A stretch of 64,000 nt of DNA, from the NCBI GenBank assembly GCA_024704765.1, contig JAKMXF010000099.1, forward strand, positions 796,419 to 860,418. The letters run 5' to 3'. This DNA is from Oopsacas minuta (lineage: Eukaryota > Animalia > Porifera). Position numbers and translations under genes: made by a program. The notes under the pieces were generated by a model. It was not told the DNA's origin, made no database searches, and saw only the letters and a program-made list of their open reading frames with translations. Positions 1 to 12,700 of the stretch are shown here, piece by piece (within the stretch, counting starts at the first letter, position 1; each line of letters begins with the position of its first letter).

Positions 1-60
1 GATACAATTAATGAAATGATAATCGATACAGATAATGAGTTGGCATGAATCAAAGAAGGA

Positions 61-450
61 TTGCAAATCACAAGAAAAAGAAAATTGATCAATGTTGAAA
101 ATGAAGCACGACTTAGTAAATGTAAAGAGCAACTTATTAGTGGTTCCTACACACCATTGGAATTTATCCGAGCAATTAGTCACACTGTGGGTTCTCTAAC
201 TAACTTAAACACAGATCCTTACAATTCTGATGATGAGGGTGATAATGATGTAACTGAATTGGCACAAAGTTGATCTTCGGAAAATCGAAATTTGTGTGTT
301 GTTTGTTTAAGATTGAGAGAAACAACGTGTGTATTTGTGCCATGCAAGCACACAAATGGTTGTCAAAGATGCACGATAACTATTGAAGAATTAGGGCAAA
401 CATACTCTATTTCCGATCCCCAATAGAATATACTTTTCATATATTTACTA
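61..450 (+). pseudogene. 3' end of a MULE-type transposase with C-terminal C3HC4 RING finger (degenerate; continues off the left edge)
   Basis: ORF 61-273 (KLSKCKEQLISGSYTPLEFIRAISH) resembles the tail of the MULE at 35800-38758. After one in-frame TGA the same frame reads CVVCLRLRETTCVFVPCKHTNGCQRC, then a frameshifted ...RSPIEYTFHIF. Confidence 0.7.
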
Positions 451-2261
451 CGGGCATTCAAAAGTTCCGACCCTACCCCGTATTTTTGTACTATACAGAA
501 TATACATGTACAATTGTTAAATTTTCTCGAAATAATCACCATTAATGTCTATTACTAGTTGTAGACAATCTAGCCATTAAAAATACATTATTATACAGTG
601 AAACCTCTGGAATCGAGCATGCTAGATACTGGGAAAATTTCTGACGCCCTGATTGTGGAAATTCCCCGATTCTGGATTTCAGTGTAGTATTGTGTCAAAA
701 TCACCATTTCCCGTATATATGTAGTTCATATTATGTCATACTATTGTTTCGTATTGCTAGTGACCCTTAACGTTAAAATAATTCATTCTGCTACATATTT
801 ACCCTAAGAGGCGGATTGAATTGATTTCTTGTTCACCTACGTAGCATTTATATTGTTTTATTCGATAATTATTGCGAAAATAAAATTTATTGAGTTGATT
901 TCAGTATTGGTGCCCCGATTGCGTAGGAGATTTTAGTATTAGTTCCATGCAAGCTGAAAGAATTAGATTATCAGGGTTTGCCCCGATCCCCCGATTCCAG
1001 AGGTTCATTTGTATAGGAAAATATTTTCGCAAAATTCAAGTGCCCCAATTTCAGAGGTTCCCAGATTCCAGAGGTTTCACTGTAGTCCCCGGGCGGGATA
1101 TTTTTTAGGGATCTCCAAATTGCGTTCCCTAGGTCGATTCTGGTATCAAAATGCATGCCTGTAAGCTCCTTTTCCAACATTGCAAAGAGCCAGAAATCAC
1201 AAGGAGCGAGGTCAGGTGAGTAGGGCGGGTGATCTAACACACAACTCTCATTCTATCCAACTCTAACTTTACGAGCTTAGTTTTATGTGGGCGTGCATTA
1301 CCGTGCAATAATCGCATGCCCCGCGCTCCAGACTTTGGCCTTCGCTCCCAGTAATGTTTTTCCACTTCTGAGAGGCAACTGTTGGCATAAAAGTCCCCAG
1401 TAATTGTCTTCCCTCTTTTGGTATTATAATCTCAGCAACTGGGCCATGTGCATCAAAGAAAATTGAGTACCGGACCTCCTGATCTCTGAAGTCCGGCCTA
1501 GGATTGAGAGGAGGCACCTCACCTTTTACGACCCATACCTTATTTCTTTCCTTGGATAGTGGCTCATCGTATCTTATCCAAGTTTCGTCACCAGTAATGA
1601 TTTCTGCTAGCCTTCTTGGATCCGATTCTTTATACTCGGAGAGCATTTTTCTACACAAGTTACCCGACGGTCCTTTTGGTCCTCTGCAAAGGAATGCGGG
1701 ATCCACCTCGAACAAATTTCGGTAACTCTAAGCTCATCGATATGGAATGAAGAGTCCCCGTTGAGCTCCCTACACTAATAGCTAACTCCTTAACACTGAT
1801 ATGAGGATCTTCTTCCACTCTTCAGCGAATTTCAGAGGTGTTATGCTAGTGACAGCGGATCTGGGACGCCCGATTCGTTCCTCATCTTCCAGTGACTCTC
1901 GTCCTTCACGAAACCGCTTGGCACACTCCTTCACAGTATTATATGAAAGGCTAGCATCTCCGTAAACGACTTCCAAGTCAATAATGCTATCCTTCGGGCC
2001 AATACCAAGAAGCATGCGAATTTTGATAGAGGATCTTTGCTCAAATTTCAAATTTGAAGCCCGAAATACTTGAAAATACAAGGATTGGCAAAATTGAGAA
2101 ATTTAATATAATCCTAACTAGAAAACTATTGACGATATGGTGAAAGTTAAATTAGTTCAGAATAGATACTAGAATAAGGTTCATTATGAATCCAGATATG
2201 TAATATAATATCTTATATCTTAAAATTATATGACCAAGGTCGGGAACCTTTTGAACGCCCG
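451..2261 (-). mobile_element. mariner (DD34D) transposon, decayed
   Basis: TIRs cgggcattcaaaagttccgacc and ggtcgggaaccttttgaacgcccg, with TA at the left end. Minus-strand fragments carry IITGDETW, IFFDAHG and HPPYSPDLAPCDFWLF, and end NGDYFEKI*. Several frameshifts. Confidence 0.93.
596..1082. mobile_element. pogo/Tigger-type MITE nested in the mariner
   Basis: TIR cagtgaaacctctggaatc / gattccagaggtttcactg with TA on both sides. Removing it restores the mariner reading ...IPPGDY|NNVF..WLDCLQLVIDINGDYFEKI*. Confidence 0.9.
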
Positions 2262-3271
2262 TTGTACTAATTAACTATATGGTCTATTATTTATCATTAT
2301 TCAATCATTAATTTAAATTCATTAAACTACCAACAGACATTCCCATAATACTTTAACTAAGAAAATATTAGTTGAACAAATGAAAACATCGGAAAATAAA
2401 AGTCAAACAAATGACAACATCAAAAATTATTAGCCGAACATAAGACAACCTCATTATTTCGAATAAATGACAACATGTAAATTCGAACAAATACTGCGCC
2501 CCCGCTTGAAGCTGGCATGTCAAAAGTCTTAAGCCCAAGTCCGGATTAGGCCCCACTTCCGAACAACGATGAAATTTGAAGTAAATTTGTTGATTATCTA
2601 TCATTTTGTGGAGACTATAGATCCGTCATATGTGACGCTTGTGGCATATGATTCACCAACAGTAACTTTGATAGGCTCAAAACCCATTGTGTGACCCTCG
2701 TACAAGCATTATGAGCCACTACAGATAAGAGATAACTACGGTATAATACGTTTGCCAAATTTGGTTTTGTACAGCATGAACTTCCAAACTACCTGGACAG
2801 TCAAATCGTGTCAACTCATATTGATTCTATACCAAGTTAGGCCAGTGTGTTATAATTCATATCACGAAAACCATTAGTTCTATTGTGATTAATATATTAT
2901 TGTTGGATAAGATGTCAAGTATGGTGATTTCATTGGTCACATATACCAATATGACGAATAAAATTCACAAAGTTTGCGGTTTTCACATCTTTTGTTACTT
3001 CCCAATAAGGATATCTATAAGTAGCGGCAAAATTAATAGTACCTTTAGCCCGAATAAATATGTTAATTGTTTCAACAATTCACATAATCTATCTATAAGG
3101 TATAGTATACTCCACTTAATTTGAGCCGCTGGTTAATCGGGTCACTTGGCCAGAAACAAAAACCATGCAAATAGTCTTAATTTTCTAGGGTAAATAGGAC
3201 AAACACCTTTATTCCGCTTTATCGGGTCAAAATTGCCTAGTCCCGATGTAACCATATTAAGCAGTCTACTG

Positions 3272-4312
3272 TATTTCCATGTCGAAATGACGTCATCTAG
3301 TGGCTTTCTTAGCAAATATCAACAAAAGAGTCCTGAACTAGATTTACATTGCATAATTTATTCGATTGGATCTAAGGCTATTCTCATGATAAAAACAATA
3401 TCTGTTTGATCATTTTTTCCATGTTCCAGTTATAGTTGCAACCATGGCTCTCACATTTTTGCAGATATTCGCAAAAAATTTGACAATGTTTGATTTTAAG
3501 ATCAAATTGTCTGAGAAACAAGTAGTATATATAGTAGACCCACACTAATCTGAATCCTCAACATGTACCATAAGGTAATGAGAAATTGGGTACATATTAT
3601 AATCGGCAATAGTAAGTTTTGGAATATCATTGAGGGTTTTCAACTTATAAATGGATATTGACAAATTATTACTATCCATGGTCACTATTATAACTCAAAA
3701 ACACCAATTTTTAATAAGTTTTACATAAGCATCTTTACATCATTTCGTACATTATCTTTGAAATCAAAGATGCGATATTTAACGTTCTACATCTCATCCA
3801 GATTGGGCCATTTTCTCTAAATACTGCTTATTAAGTGAAGAAATTGGCACATTTTGAAAATTTTTTGTTTTTTGATTTGTAGACATGATATTCTACAAAT
3901 TAGTAGTACTTATACATGAGCATAAAAGTACTATTTGTGCTTTATAAACCATTCTATAAACACTACTATATCACTAGTCCAAAAATTCGAGTTTGATGGT
4001 GGGTATTATATAGAAGAGGCTATGGTATTATCAAGGTAAGGGAAAGGGTATATACTACATGTTTTCCATACGATTTGATCATAACAATAATGATTGTCAA
4101 GTTTTCGGTCAATATCAGAAAAATAATACAATTTTGATATTTTGCATGAAATTAGCCTTAGTTCCCATTGAATAAATTATGCAATCGTAAATGTATTTAT
4201 TGAATCTTGACAGAGTTTTAGAAATTGTATAAATAGTCAATTAATAGGGTCATTTTGTTGACATTCTCCAAGTAAGCAATCAATCAGATGATGTCATTTC
4301 GACTTGGAAATA
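3272..4312. mobile_element. non-autonomous TIR element
   Basis: Termini tatttccatgtcgaaatgacgtcatc and gatgatgtcatttcgacttggaaata are inverted repeats. Internal 3650-3960 is homologous to 23820-24130. Confidence 0.65.
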
Positions 4313-5356
4313 GTTTACAGAGATAGATTGTGTGTATTGTGGTATAGGGCCAAGTGAGTTGACTGTCCAAGTTTAGAAATCCATGCATTAAGATATATCA
4401 TATTTCTCCAAATAGTCTACTGTGAATATTTGTTCAACAGATTCTAAAAAACATGAGCTTATAGATTGTGAGGGGGTCACACCGATACATTGAGATTAGG
4501 GACCCCACTTCTTTTATTTAATCCGGCGATGGACTGATACCGATAACCCTAGATAGGATAAATGTATTCAATTTCACGCATTGACGAATAAGAAACTTGA
4601 AATATAATTGAATTTTACATTCCAATTATCAGACAATTGAGTAAGTCAATCGTAAAGAGAACTTGTGAAATCATTTTACACATTCGTCATTACATCATCA
4701 CGTAATCATCATGATGGCCATGGATCCTGCCATTTTTAGTCTTGAATATTAATTACCACATTCAGATACCATCGAGAGTGAAAGTATAATGAAATTGTCA
4801 AATAATAGATTTTTAGTGAACCCTCTACCTCACCTAAAAATCTTCCAAGAATTGGCTTGAATTCTTAGAAAATTCCAAGAACTTGACGTAGAATTTTGGT
4901 GAATACGAACACTTAATTGTCCTAAGATTTAATATAAGAATTGATTAATTCTTAGAAAAATTCTTATAATTAGGATTCAGAATTTTTGTGAATAAGGCTC
5001 ATTGTATTTCATCATTTTAAATTGACCCAAACCATATTATTCCAACATTGAAAAATATTTTAAGGCAATTATTGGCATAAAATCAAATATACGCAAATGA
5101 AGAAATATACACATTCTCGTGATTTGTTCAATGTATCCATCTAAAGATTGTAGGAACAAACAATTTAGTTAGCAGGATTCTTACTCCGGATTTCTCTTGG
5201 TTATTGATGACTATCAAGAAATGCTCCATTAGTTATCTTAACAATATACTCTGTTCGCCGATATTATCTAAGGCAAACTATATTCTGCTCTTGGTATCAT
5301 TCTCATATTTGAAAGCATCCAGATTTTTGATATTAATAACATAAATAATAACAATT

Positions 5357-8300
5357 TCAGTAAATTTTCACAGGTTTCGATGATTGGGAGAAACGAGCTT
5401 TATTTCCTGTTCGACACTTAACCTTTAGTTTCAATCCACTTGGGCAAATAGGAACAATCTTTGTATCTGCTTTGTTAAAATCATTTCTCCGTTTAACTAC
5501 GATGTTTTCATGCTCTTTCAATAAAGATTCTTTAAATGAAGAAGCAAAATTGCACCATAATTCGAAGAAGTTAAAAGTGTCAGTATCACTCCAGACATCC
5601 TTAACCTCACCATAAAAATAATATATGAGTTCTTGATATGCTTTTTCGCCCACTTTCCATATTTCGATCTCATTTGCAATTTTTCGCTCCGCAAATAGAA
5701 AAAATTTCTCAACAAATTCTACAAATTTGTTTGGGCTCACTTGGTTATTATCTTCTAAAAAATGGCGAGTATTCTCTCGAACCTTTGTGAGTTGTTTTCC
5801 TAAGTTATTGAGTGCTTCATATAACTCTTTTAAAGTGATTTTAGAAGCAATAAATAAATCCCCTGTATCAGGAAAGGGCAAGATATTTATGATGGAGCCT
5901 TGTAAAATATTATGTTCGAATGTTTGAAGATAGCATCGAGAAACAAAATCCAGGAAGGTACAAGAATTATCACCCGCCTTAGTTTCCTTTAATCGAGGCA
6001 ATAACTCTAAATTAAACCCTACAGCTTCACTGAAAGAATCATAAGTTTGGTTCATATAATTTCCAAGAACCAGAATTATTGATAACAAAGTTCTCAACTC
6101 ATGGCTATTTTTAAGCTTTGAACAACAGCTATTAATAGTATTTAAGTTTCTGTGAATATGTTGAATGTCCTCTTCAAAGTTTTGCATATATAGAATATGT
6201 TGAAATCGCATATTAACATGAGGAATATCACGAAAGAACTTAATTGTTTTACTCTCATTCGACAATTCAACATTTGGAAATTGAGAAAGGTGAGTGTCCA
6301 CTAAACTAATCCATTCATCAGTTACCAATTTACACAAACTCTCTAATATTGATGTTGTTATATTCGATGTCTTAATATCCCAGAATATAGCATTTCGGCG
6401 ATGTCCTCAAGGTGAATATCCACACTTTGTATATTCTTAAAAATTACCCCAACTTGTCTAGATATGTTGGGAGGCAAGATTTCCTCCACTGTAGTAGAAT
6501 GACTTTTAAGATTAGTCATAGATTTAAAATTCTTCCGACTCTTGTGTTTGGAAAAAAGTTCCTCAAATAAAGTTAATTCAATTGATTTAATTTTTGGCTT
6601 CGGTAGACTCCTCCAAATTATCTCAAATTTATTCTTTCGTCCAGGGAGACATAAACGTTTCCAATGGAGGGGCTTCATCATAGTTTGCTTTTTATTAAGT
6701 TTCAGTGTTTGAAACATGCAAGTTGATAATTCTGTATGATTCATAAAGGTTTTGCTCAGATCCTGTAAATCAGGAAGGTTCGGAGGAGGAGGTGGGATAG
6801 ACTTTAACATAACTTCTGGCAGATCCGGTGGGGGAGGAGGACAAATTAAGGTGAAATATTTTGAAGATGAAAAGTTCCCTATAGAATCTTCGTGATTATC
6901 AACCAAATTGTGATTACTTTCACTTTTCGAGAATTCTCCAACGGTATCTTTAGGACTGACATTGAACTGTGAATTTAGAACGGACAACCTAGTAGGTAAT
7001 GAAATAACTCTATGTACCTTCGGATGATGACAGATTTCTTGTTGCAGACTAGATGTACAAGTTGTACGGTTCTCAAATGTCATAATATTGACTTTTTTAA
7101 GCAAATCATTATTTGTTTCAAGTAATGCGCTTAAGCGAGACTTGTAGTCATTGATTACATGCTGTATCTCTTTTCGCTCAAGTGCATGTCTTTGAGCAAT
7201 AGAATGTGAGGTCTTCTCAAATATGTGTGAAGAAATTAAATATGCAGCAGTTACTGCATCTTTCACGTCTATTGTATGTTTAATCCAATTTTGAAGATCA
7301 TTTCTGGCGAAAGAAAGTGGGGTATTATCATTCAAACTCAAAAAATTGTTAGGATCAGATAATTGAGAGTATTCTATATGAGAATTGTACAAATTAACTG
7401 AATTACTAATGAGAGATTTATCTGTAACGAAATTTGTCAACGATTCTGTATTAGAGTTATCAATATTAGGATCAACAGTGATTTCCGGAAGAATTGATAT
7501 TGGAATGACAGGATCAAGGTAATTGGAAGGCTGGCATTTACTATTTGGAATATCTGTAATAAATAAATTCGGAGTATTATCATTATTCCCGAGTGGCAAA
7601 TTGGCTTTGAATGTGGGCAAGGACTCGTTGACATTTGTTTTAATATTTTTCCGATGTTCCAATTTAGTAGCTTGTGTAGAGATATTTTGGGATGAAGTAG
7701 AATTAATATTTATTGTATTTTGATCGTTTGTTAAATTATTTCGTTTAAGTATATTTTCTTGCTTACTCAGAGTTTTATGAGAACTACGAGTAGAACATTT
7801 AGCTCCGTCAAAAGCGTCAATATCTAAACAATCACTAACTGAATTATCAATTCCACAATCTCTTGGGTTATCTATTTCATTCAAATGTTGCACCTGAGCT
7901 TTCGTTTGCTTATAGTGACAATCTAAGTTATTCGTCTTACAGCCTTTTAGTGCAGCATTAATATGAACATCTGATGAGAGTTGTGAAAAGTCCATTTTTT
8001 CTGGAACGAAAATCCTTGTTTGACTTTTAGTACGGTTAGATGAGACAATTGGATTGGGACTGTGCAATCTTTTAATACCGATTGTAGATTTTGAGATACT
8101 TGTAGCATTTATTGAATCCATAATAGTATTCACGTTTAGAGCGCTTCCCCTGATTTTATCATTTGGTAAAGAAATATCACTGATATTATTAACTGTTTTA
8201 ACATTTTGATGAGTTTGAAAAGGAAATCCATCCTTAGCCGATGCTTCATTAAGCGATGAATTCGTTTTTAGCTTTATTTGATGAAAAGATCGTATTGTAG

Positions 8301-9120
8301 AAGAGCCTTGTAAATGTTCCGATCTAGAAGGAACTGGATATCTAGTTTGACGATTAGATAGTGGTTTATAAATATTTTTAGCTTTCTTATTTGTAAAAGA
8401 AAAGTTTTCAGATTTCTCAAGTTGGCTGGAAACAGGATTGATACTGATATTGGATTGAACTTTCTCAATTGGAAATATTCTAGGATTGGTTTGGGTATGA
8501 ATATCGGGGTGAGGACTATCATTAAGATTAATTCTTGACGTTGAGGTATTTCTAAACTGAACATTTGTTTTAGGTTTCTCTGAAAATATACCAGATGCTT
8601 CTTTTGGCTTGCATATGAGATCAGTTTTATGAATAGAATCTTCCCGAATATTAAATGTAGAGCTATTAAATACAGAAGGTAAAGGAATAGTCTTACCAAT
8701 AGAATTATTCATATCAGGTGTATCTGTATATTTTGTTGAAGAACGCAAATTTGATTGACAAGAAGTCGCCACATAAAATGTAGCTTTATCTGTTTCTATG
8801 CATGGTTGCAGGGATTTAGATTTATTATTAGAATTGATGCCTCCAGGTGAAACACAATCAACAGTGACCTTGGCATGTGAAAGTTGTATCACATTGGTAT
8901 CATTAGGTCGAATTTCTGTTTCAAATGAATTACCATTCTCATTGTTCTCCATATATTGATTTTGAAACAATCTAGCACGAACTGTATCTTTTGAATTCGA
9001 GTTAGATTCATGAATAGCAGGTTTAGAGATATTTTTCTCTTCAAAACGTTGTATTCGTTGAAAAACCGGTAGTGAATCATTAAATTTCGTTGAACTCCGA
9101 ATTTCAAATCTTCGATTCAT
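5357..9120 (-). CDS. formin (FH1-FH2), FMN/cappuccino-like; reading frame broken by a -1 shift at about 6360-6400
   Basis: ORF 6358-9147 has a long Asn/Ser-rich N-terminus, a coiled coil, FH1 polyproline (PPPPPDLP..PPPPPNLP) and the FH2 start (MKPLHWKRL, FEELFS). ORF 5357-6337 completes FH2 (ILVLGNYMN, AVGFNLELLPRLKETK). The true start is likely the ATG at 9120, directly after the acceptor ttatttacag. Confidence 0.88.
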
Positions 9121-10626
9121 CTGTAAATAACAAAGAAATAAGTACAAGTAATTCAGTTCGCAGAATATTAAGACTCCCTACTATGAACAATATTTTTGGT
9201 ACCATAGTGCTCAATCCGATTCGGAATTAGCGAACCTGACTGTATTCTCAAAAATTGTAAAGCCTAGAGTGGGAGTTAGAGTTCGAACCAGGGCGTCCGA
9301 GTTGGGTTGAGAATCCATCCCAACACGAAACCGATACGCAATCAAACTCTAAGGTCTGACGATATACAGTCAATAATGGTATACCCTTATGAATGTCTAA
9401 TCTCAGGCTGGGTGAGCAGTTGCTTAACATCTATAACTTGGCCAAATACCGTGATTTTCATCATACAGATATATTATGCATATTTAGTAATGGTTTCTTA
9501 CGAAAACAGAAGATGAAATCATGTATCTGTTAGAAATATGTGACAATAGAAAGAAAGTTAGGAAACGGAGGGGCACGATCTAGCAAAATGGTGTGAAATG
9601 CCATTTAGAGGGCGGATATGTGTAAACTAGACAATCACCCAACGGGCATCAAATATGGGGTGAGAGGCTGAGGTAAGGTCTAGGGTGATCATTGTCAATA
9701 TTTTTGCAAAAATTTTGAAAATGTTCAAGTTGTGATTGGTCCAATTTGTGTCGAGTTTATACTACAAAATTTGTAGATTGTCTATGTTTAGAATTTGGCT
9801 AGTTATTTTCTCCCGTTGAGGCCCCCACCTTTAGATAACTATATTTTGTAGTATCTTTGCTAATGTAGTTAATTAAGGACTGTTCGGAGAAAGTTGACGA
9901 GAAAAATAGGATTTTGTCGATAAATTTATACTGCATTCAGTTTACTCATAAAATTTCCCAGTGGGAAATATCGCAAAAATAGTTTGTTGTTACTCTATTG
10001 AGCACTATACTAAGATTGAGATATCTAGTATTCATAATTCCTATCATCTTTTCTATTTAAAGTCACCTCCGGACTAGATGGAAAAACTTAGTTGCAAAAG
10101 GAAAACTAAGTCAATACTAAAATATACAAAAGTTTTCCTTTGTGAATTACCAAATTAGTTCTTTGTAATTAAATATTTCAAGAAATTAAGGAAAACTTAA
10201 TTTGAATTAGTTTCTGTTAACAACTAAGTAAATACAAGTATTTGCGTAGTTTGGCAATACTTATGTATAGGTAGTAAATGAAGTCAGTAAATGGTTGAAA
10301 TCTTAAGGACTGGGAATGTAGCATATATAAAAGTTCCTTCAGAAATCATACTTTTAGGAATGAGTAGTATTTGTTTGCCTCTAGGTGTTGTCTTCCAATT
10401 TAATGAATATTTATAGCAGAGCGAATTTTACTATTACTTTATTGGACATTTTTAATAAAGCAATAGCAAAATATATGTTATGGATCTAAACCATGGTCCA
10501 AATGCCAAATAAACGTATTAATTAACTGTATGTATCGGATTCCAAAATTTTTGGTCAAACAATATATATATTCACTAAATATGGTTGTAGTTTATTGTTA
10601 ATGATGCTTCACGCTAAATGTACCTA

Positions 10627-11957
10627 CAGTCTGTTACATAATTATTCTGAATTTTAATATACTTTGAAAATATACCATAACTTACTAGAATCATTGTGTA
10701 TTTGAAAGTGAATACATATTTCGAATTGTAAAATAGTACATACGTAATTCGATTATTTTATTTTGTTCAATTAATCAACTTCTCGAACATTTCTCTTCTG
10801 TAATATTTGTTGTGGCGTCATTTCCGTATTATTCGTAAGTTTACCATTTATCTTCTCTTGTCTTAAGTATTAGCTATTTCAGTTGGCTCAATTGCATAAG
10901 AGAAATATTATCAAGTTATTACTAGAAGCTAACAACCATACCTCAAAAGAAATTGCTCATGTAAGCTTGTCTACTGTATATTATGTAAGGTCAAACTAGC
11001 AAAAGGAATTGATATCTCTCATCAAAAGGAGCTGGAAGGCCATGCTCATTGAGAAATAGGATTAAACAGTCGATTAGCCAACAAATAAGACAAAAACCAT
11101 ATTATCACTAAGAACATTGGCAAGTAGAGCTCCTATACCTGTATCCTACCAGACTGTACGCCGAGCCTTAGTCGATTCCAAATATTCTAAGAAATATCCC
11201 ACAAAAATACCTATGCTGAGTGAAACAAATCGATTGTATCGTGCCCAATGGGCAAAGAAGTTTAAATACACCAAAAAACAATGGGCCAAGACTGTTTTGC
11301 TGATGAAATGTTGATTTGGCCGTCCAGGGGTCGAATGAAGATGTGGACAAAATTCGATCAGAAAAGATTTGTCCCCACCACTAAACATACTCCAAAAATA
11401 AATGTTTGGGCACCACTAAACATACTCCAAAAATAAAAGTTGTAATAACTGTCCATATTACAACTAATATGGACAGTTCATTATTCCTATACATACTTCA
11501 AGGTCATCTCCTAACTCGGGCTGAAATTTCCATGGAGATGATTGGCAACTCATAATGGATAATGATCCTAAGCATACAGCGACAAGGGTTAAGAATTTGT
11601 TGAGTACTAATTTACCAAAAGTACTTCCGTGGCCATCACAAAGCCCCGATCTCAATCCTATTGAAAATCTGTTCGCGTGGGTTAAGCATGAATAAACTAA
11701 ACAAGGCCCAAAGACAATTTCAGAGCTGAAGAAAATGCTGGAAATTACCTGAAGCAGGGTAGATTCTAATTTTCTAGAGCCATATTGGTTTTCAATGCCA
11801 CGTAGGTGTCAAATGGTCATTGACTCAAGAGGCCTACCAATTAAATATTGATTATACACCTCTTGAGAAAATTTTAGTCAATTTTAGTATTGTGTAAGAG
11901 TAAATCCGATCGTATGATAAACTAATCCTTGATTCCAAATAATTATGTAACAGACTG
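10627..11957 (+). mobile_element. Tc1 (DD34E) transposon, decayed
   Basis: TIR cagtctgttacataatt at both ends with TA TSD. Fragments TVFADEM and MDNDPKHTA...WPSQSPDLNPIENL give 34 residues between D and E. Confidence 0.93.
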
Positions 11958-12422
11958 TATGTTCTACAATTCAACTTCCACATCAATTTTCACAGTACAT
12001 ATTTGTTAATTTTTACGACTTTATTTGTTATTCGTTCATAAACTCTACTAGATGCTGAAACTCAATCATTTCGCTCCCTTTTTGAAATCGGTGACTTAGA
12101 AGGCATTGTTTTAATGTATATTTTATGATATATTTCTTATAATCTCTAAAACATTTATGACAAACTTAGCGATTCAAAATTATGTACAGTCAACTCCGCT
12201 TAATAACATTATCTAGACATCCAGGTAACCACGAAAGGTGAGAGTACGTCTACCAGGCAAGCTAAATTAGAGTTATTCTAACATAGCCTCCAGAGAATTA
12301 GATTGTAAATTCTCCTTCATTGACCATTTTATATTTATACTAACCAACATATAGTTACTGCAAAATTATACTTGCTACCTTAGTCTAACCACGTTTTGAC
12401 AGGCTAGTCCAACCATAGCCGA

Positions 12423-12700
12423 GATTAATCTACTCGCATCTCAGTCCTCGATCTTTATCATTCTCCAAACTTATTTGTAGTAATTACAGATTGGGTGGTC
12501 CCCTGACTCGAAATGGTAAATAATGAATAATTCGAGACGTATATAAGTATATATCATAATGTGTGTATATTTAAATACGAAACGATTAATCTACTAGAAG
12601 TTGTCGGCCTGTATTATTCTCCAAACATCTTCTTTATAGTAATTACACTTTGGATGGTCCCTTGACTCGAACCGATAGATAATGAATAATTCGAGGTGTG
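12423..12700. repeat. diverged tandem duplication, ~160-bp period
   Basis: gattaatctact...attctccaaac...tagtaattaca...ggtccc.tgactcgaa...aataatgaataattcgag occurs at ~12423-12540 and again at ~12584-12700. Confidence 0.8.

Noticed and set aside
2640-3130. Possible LINE endonuclease or host exon remnant on the minus strand (KGTINFAATYRYP)
   Set aside because: The resemblance is too short and is interrupted by stops; no RT motifs are nearby.
6337-6430. A conventional intron joining the two formin ORFs
   Set aside because: There is no GT in the overlap, and the only nearby GT..AG (~50 nt) would remove residues that align with the FH2 core.
7437-9107. Short ORFs overlapping the formin (7437-7634, 7523-7723, 8274-8699, 8889-9107)
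   Set aside because: They are alternative-frame or antisense by-products of a long AT-rich CDS with no recognisable motifs.
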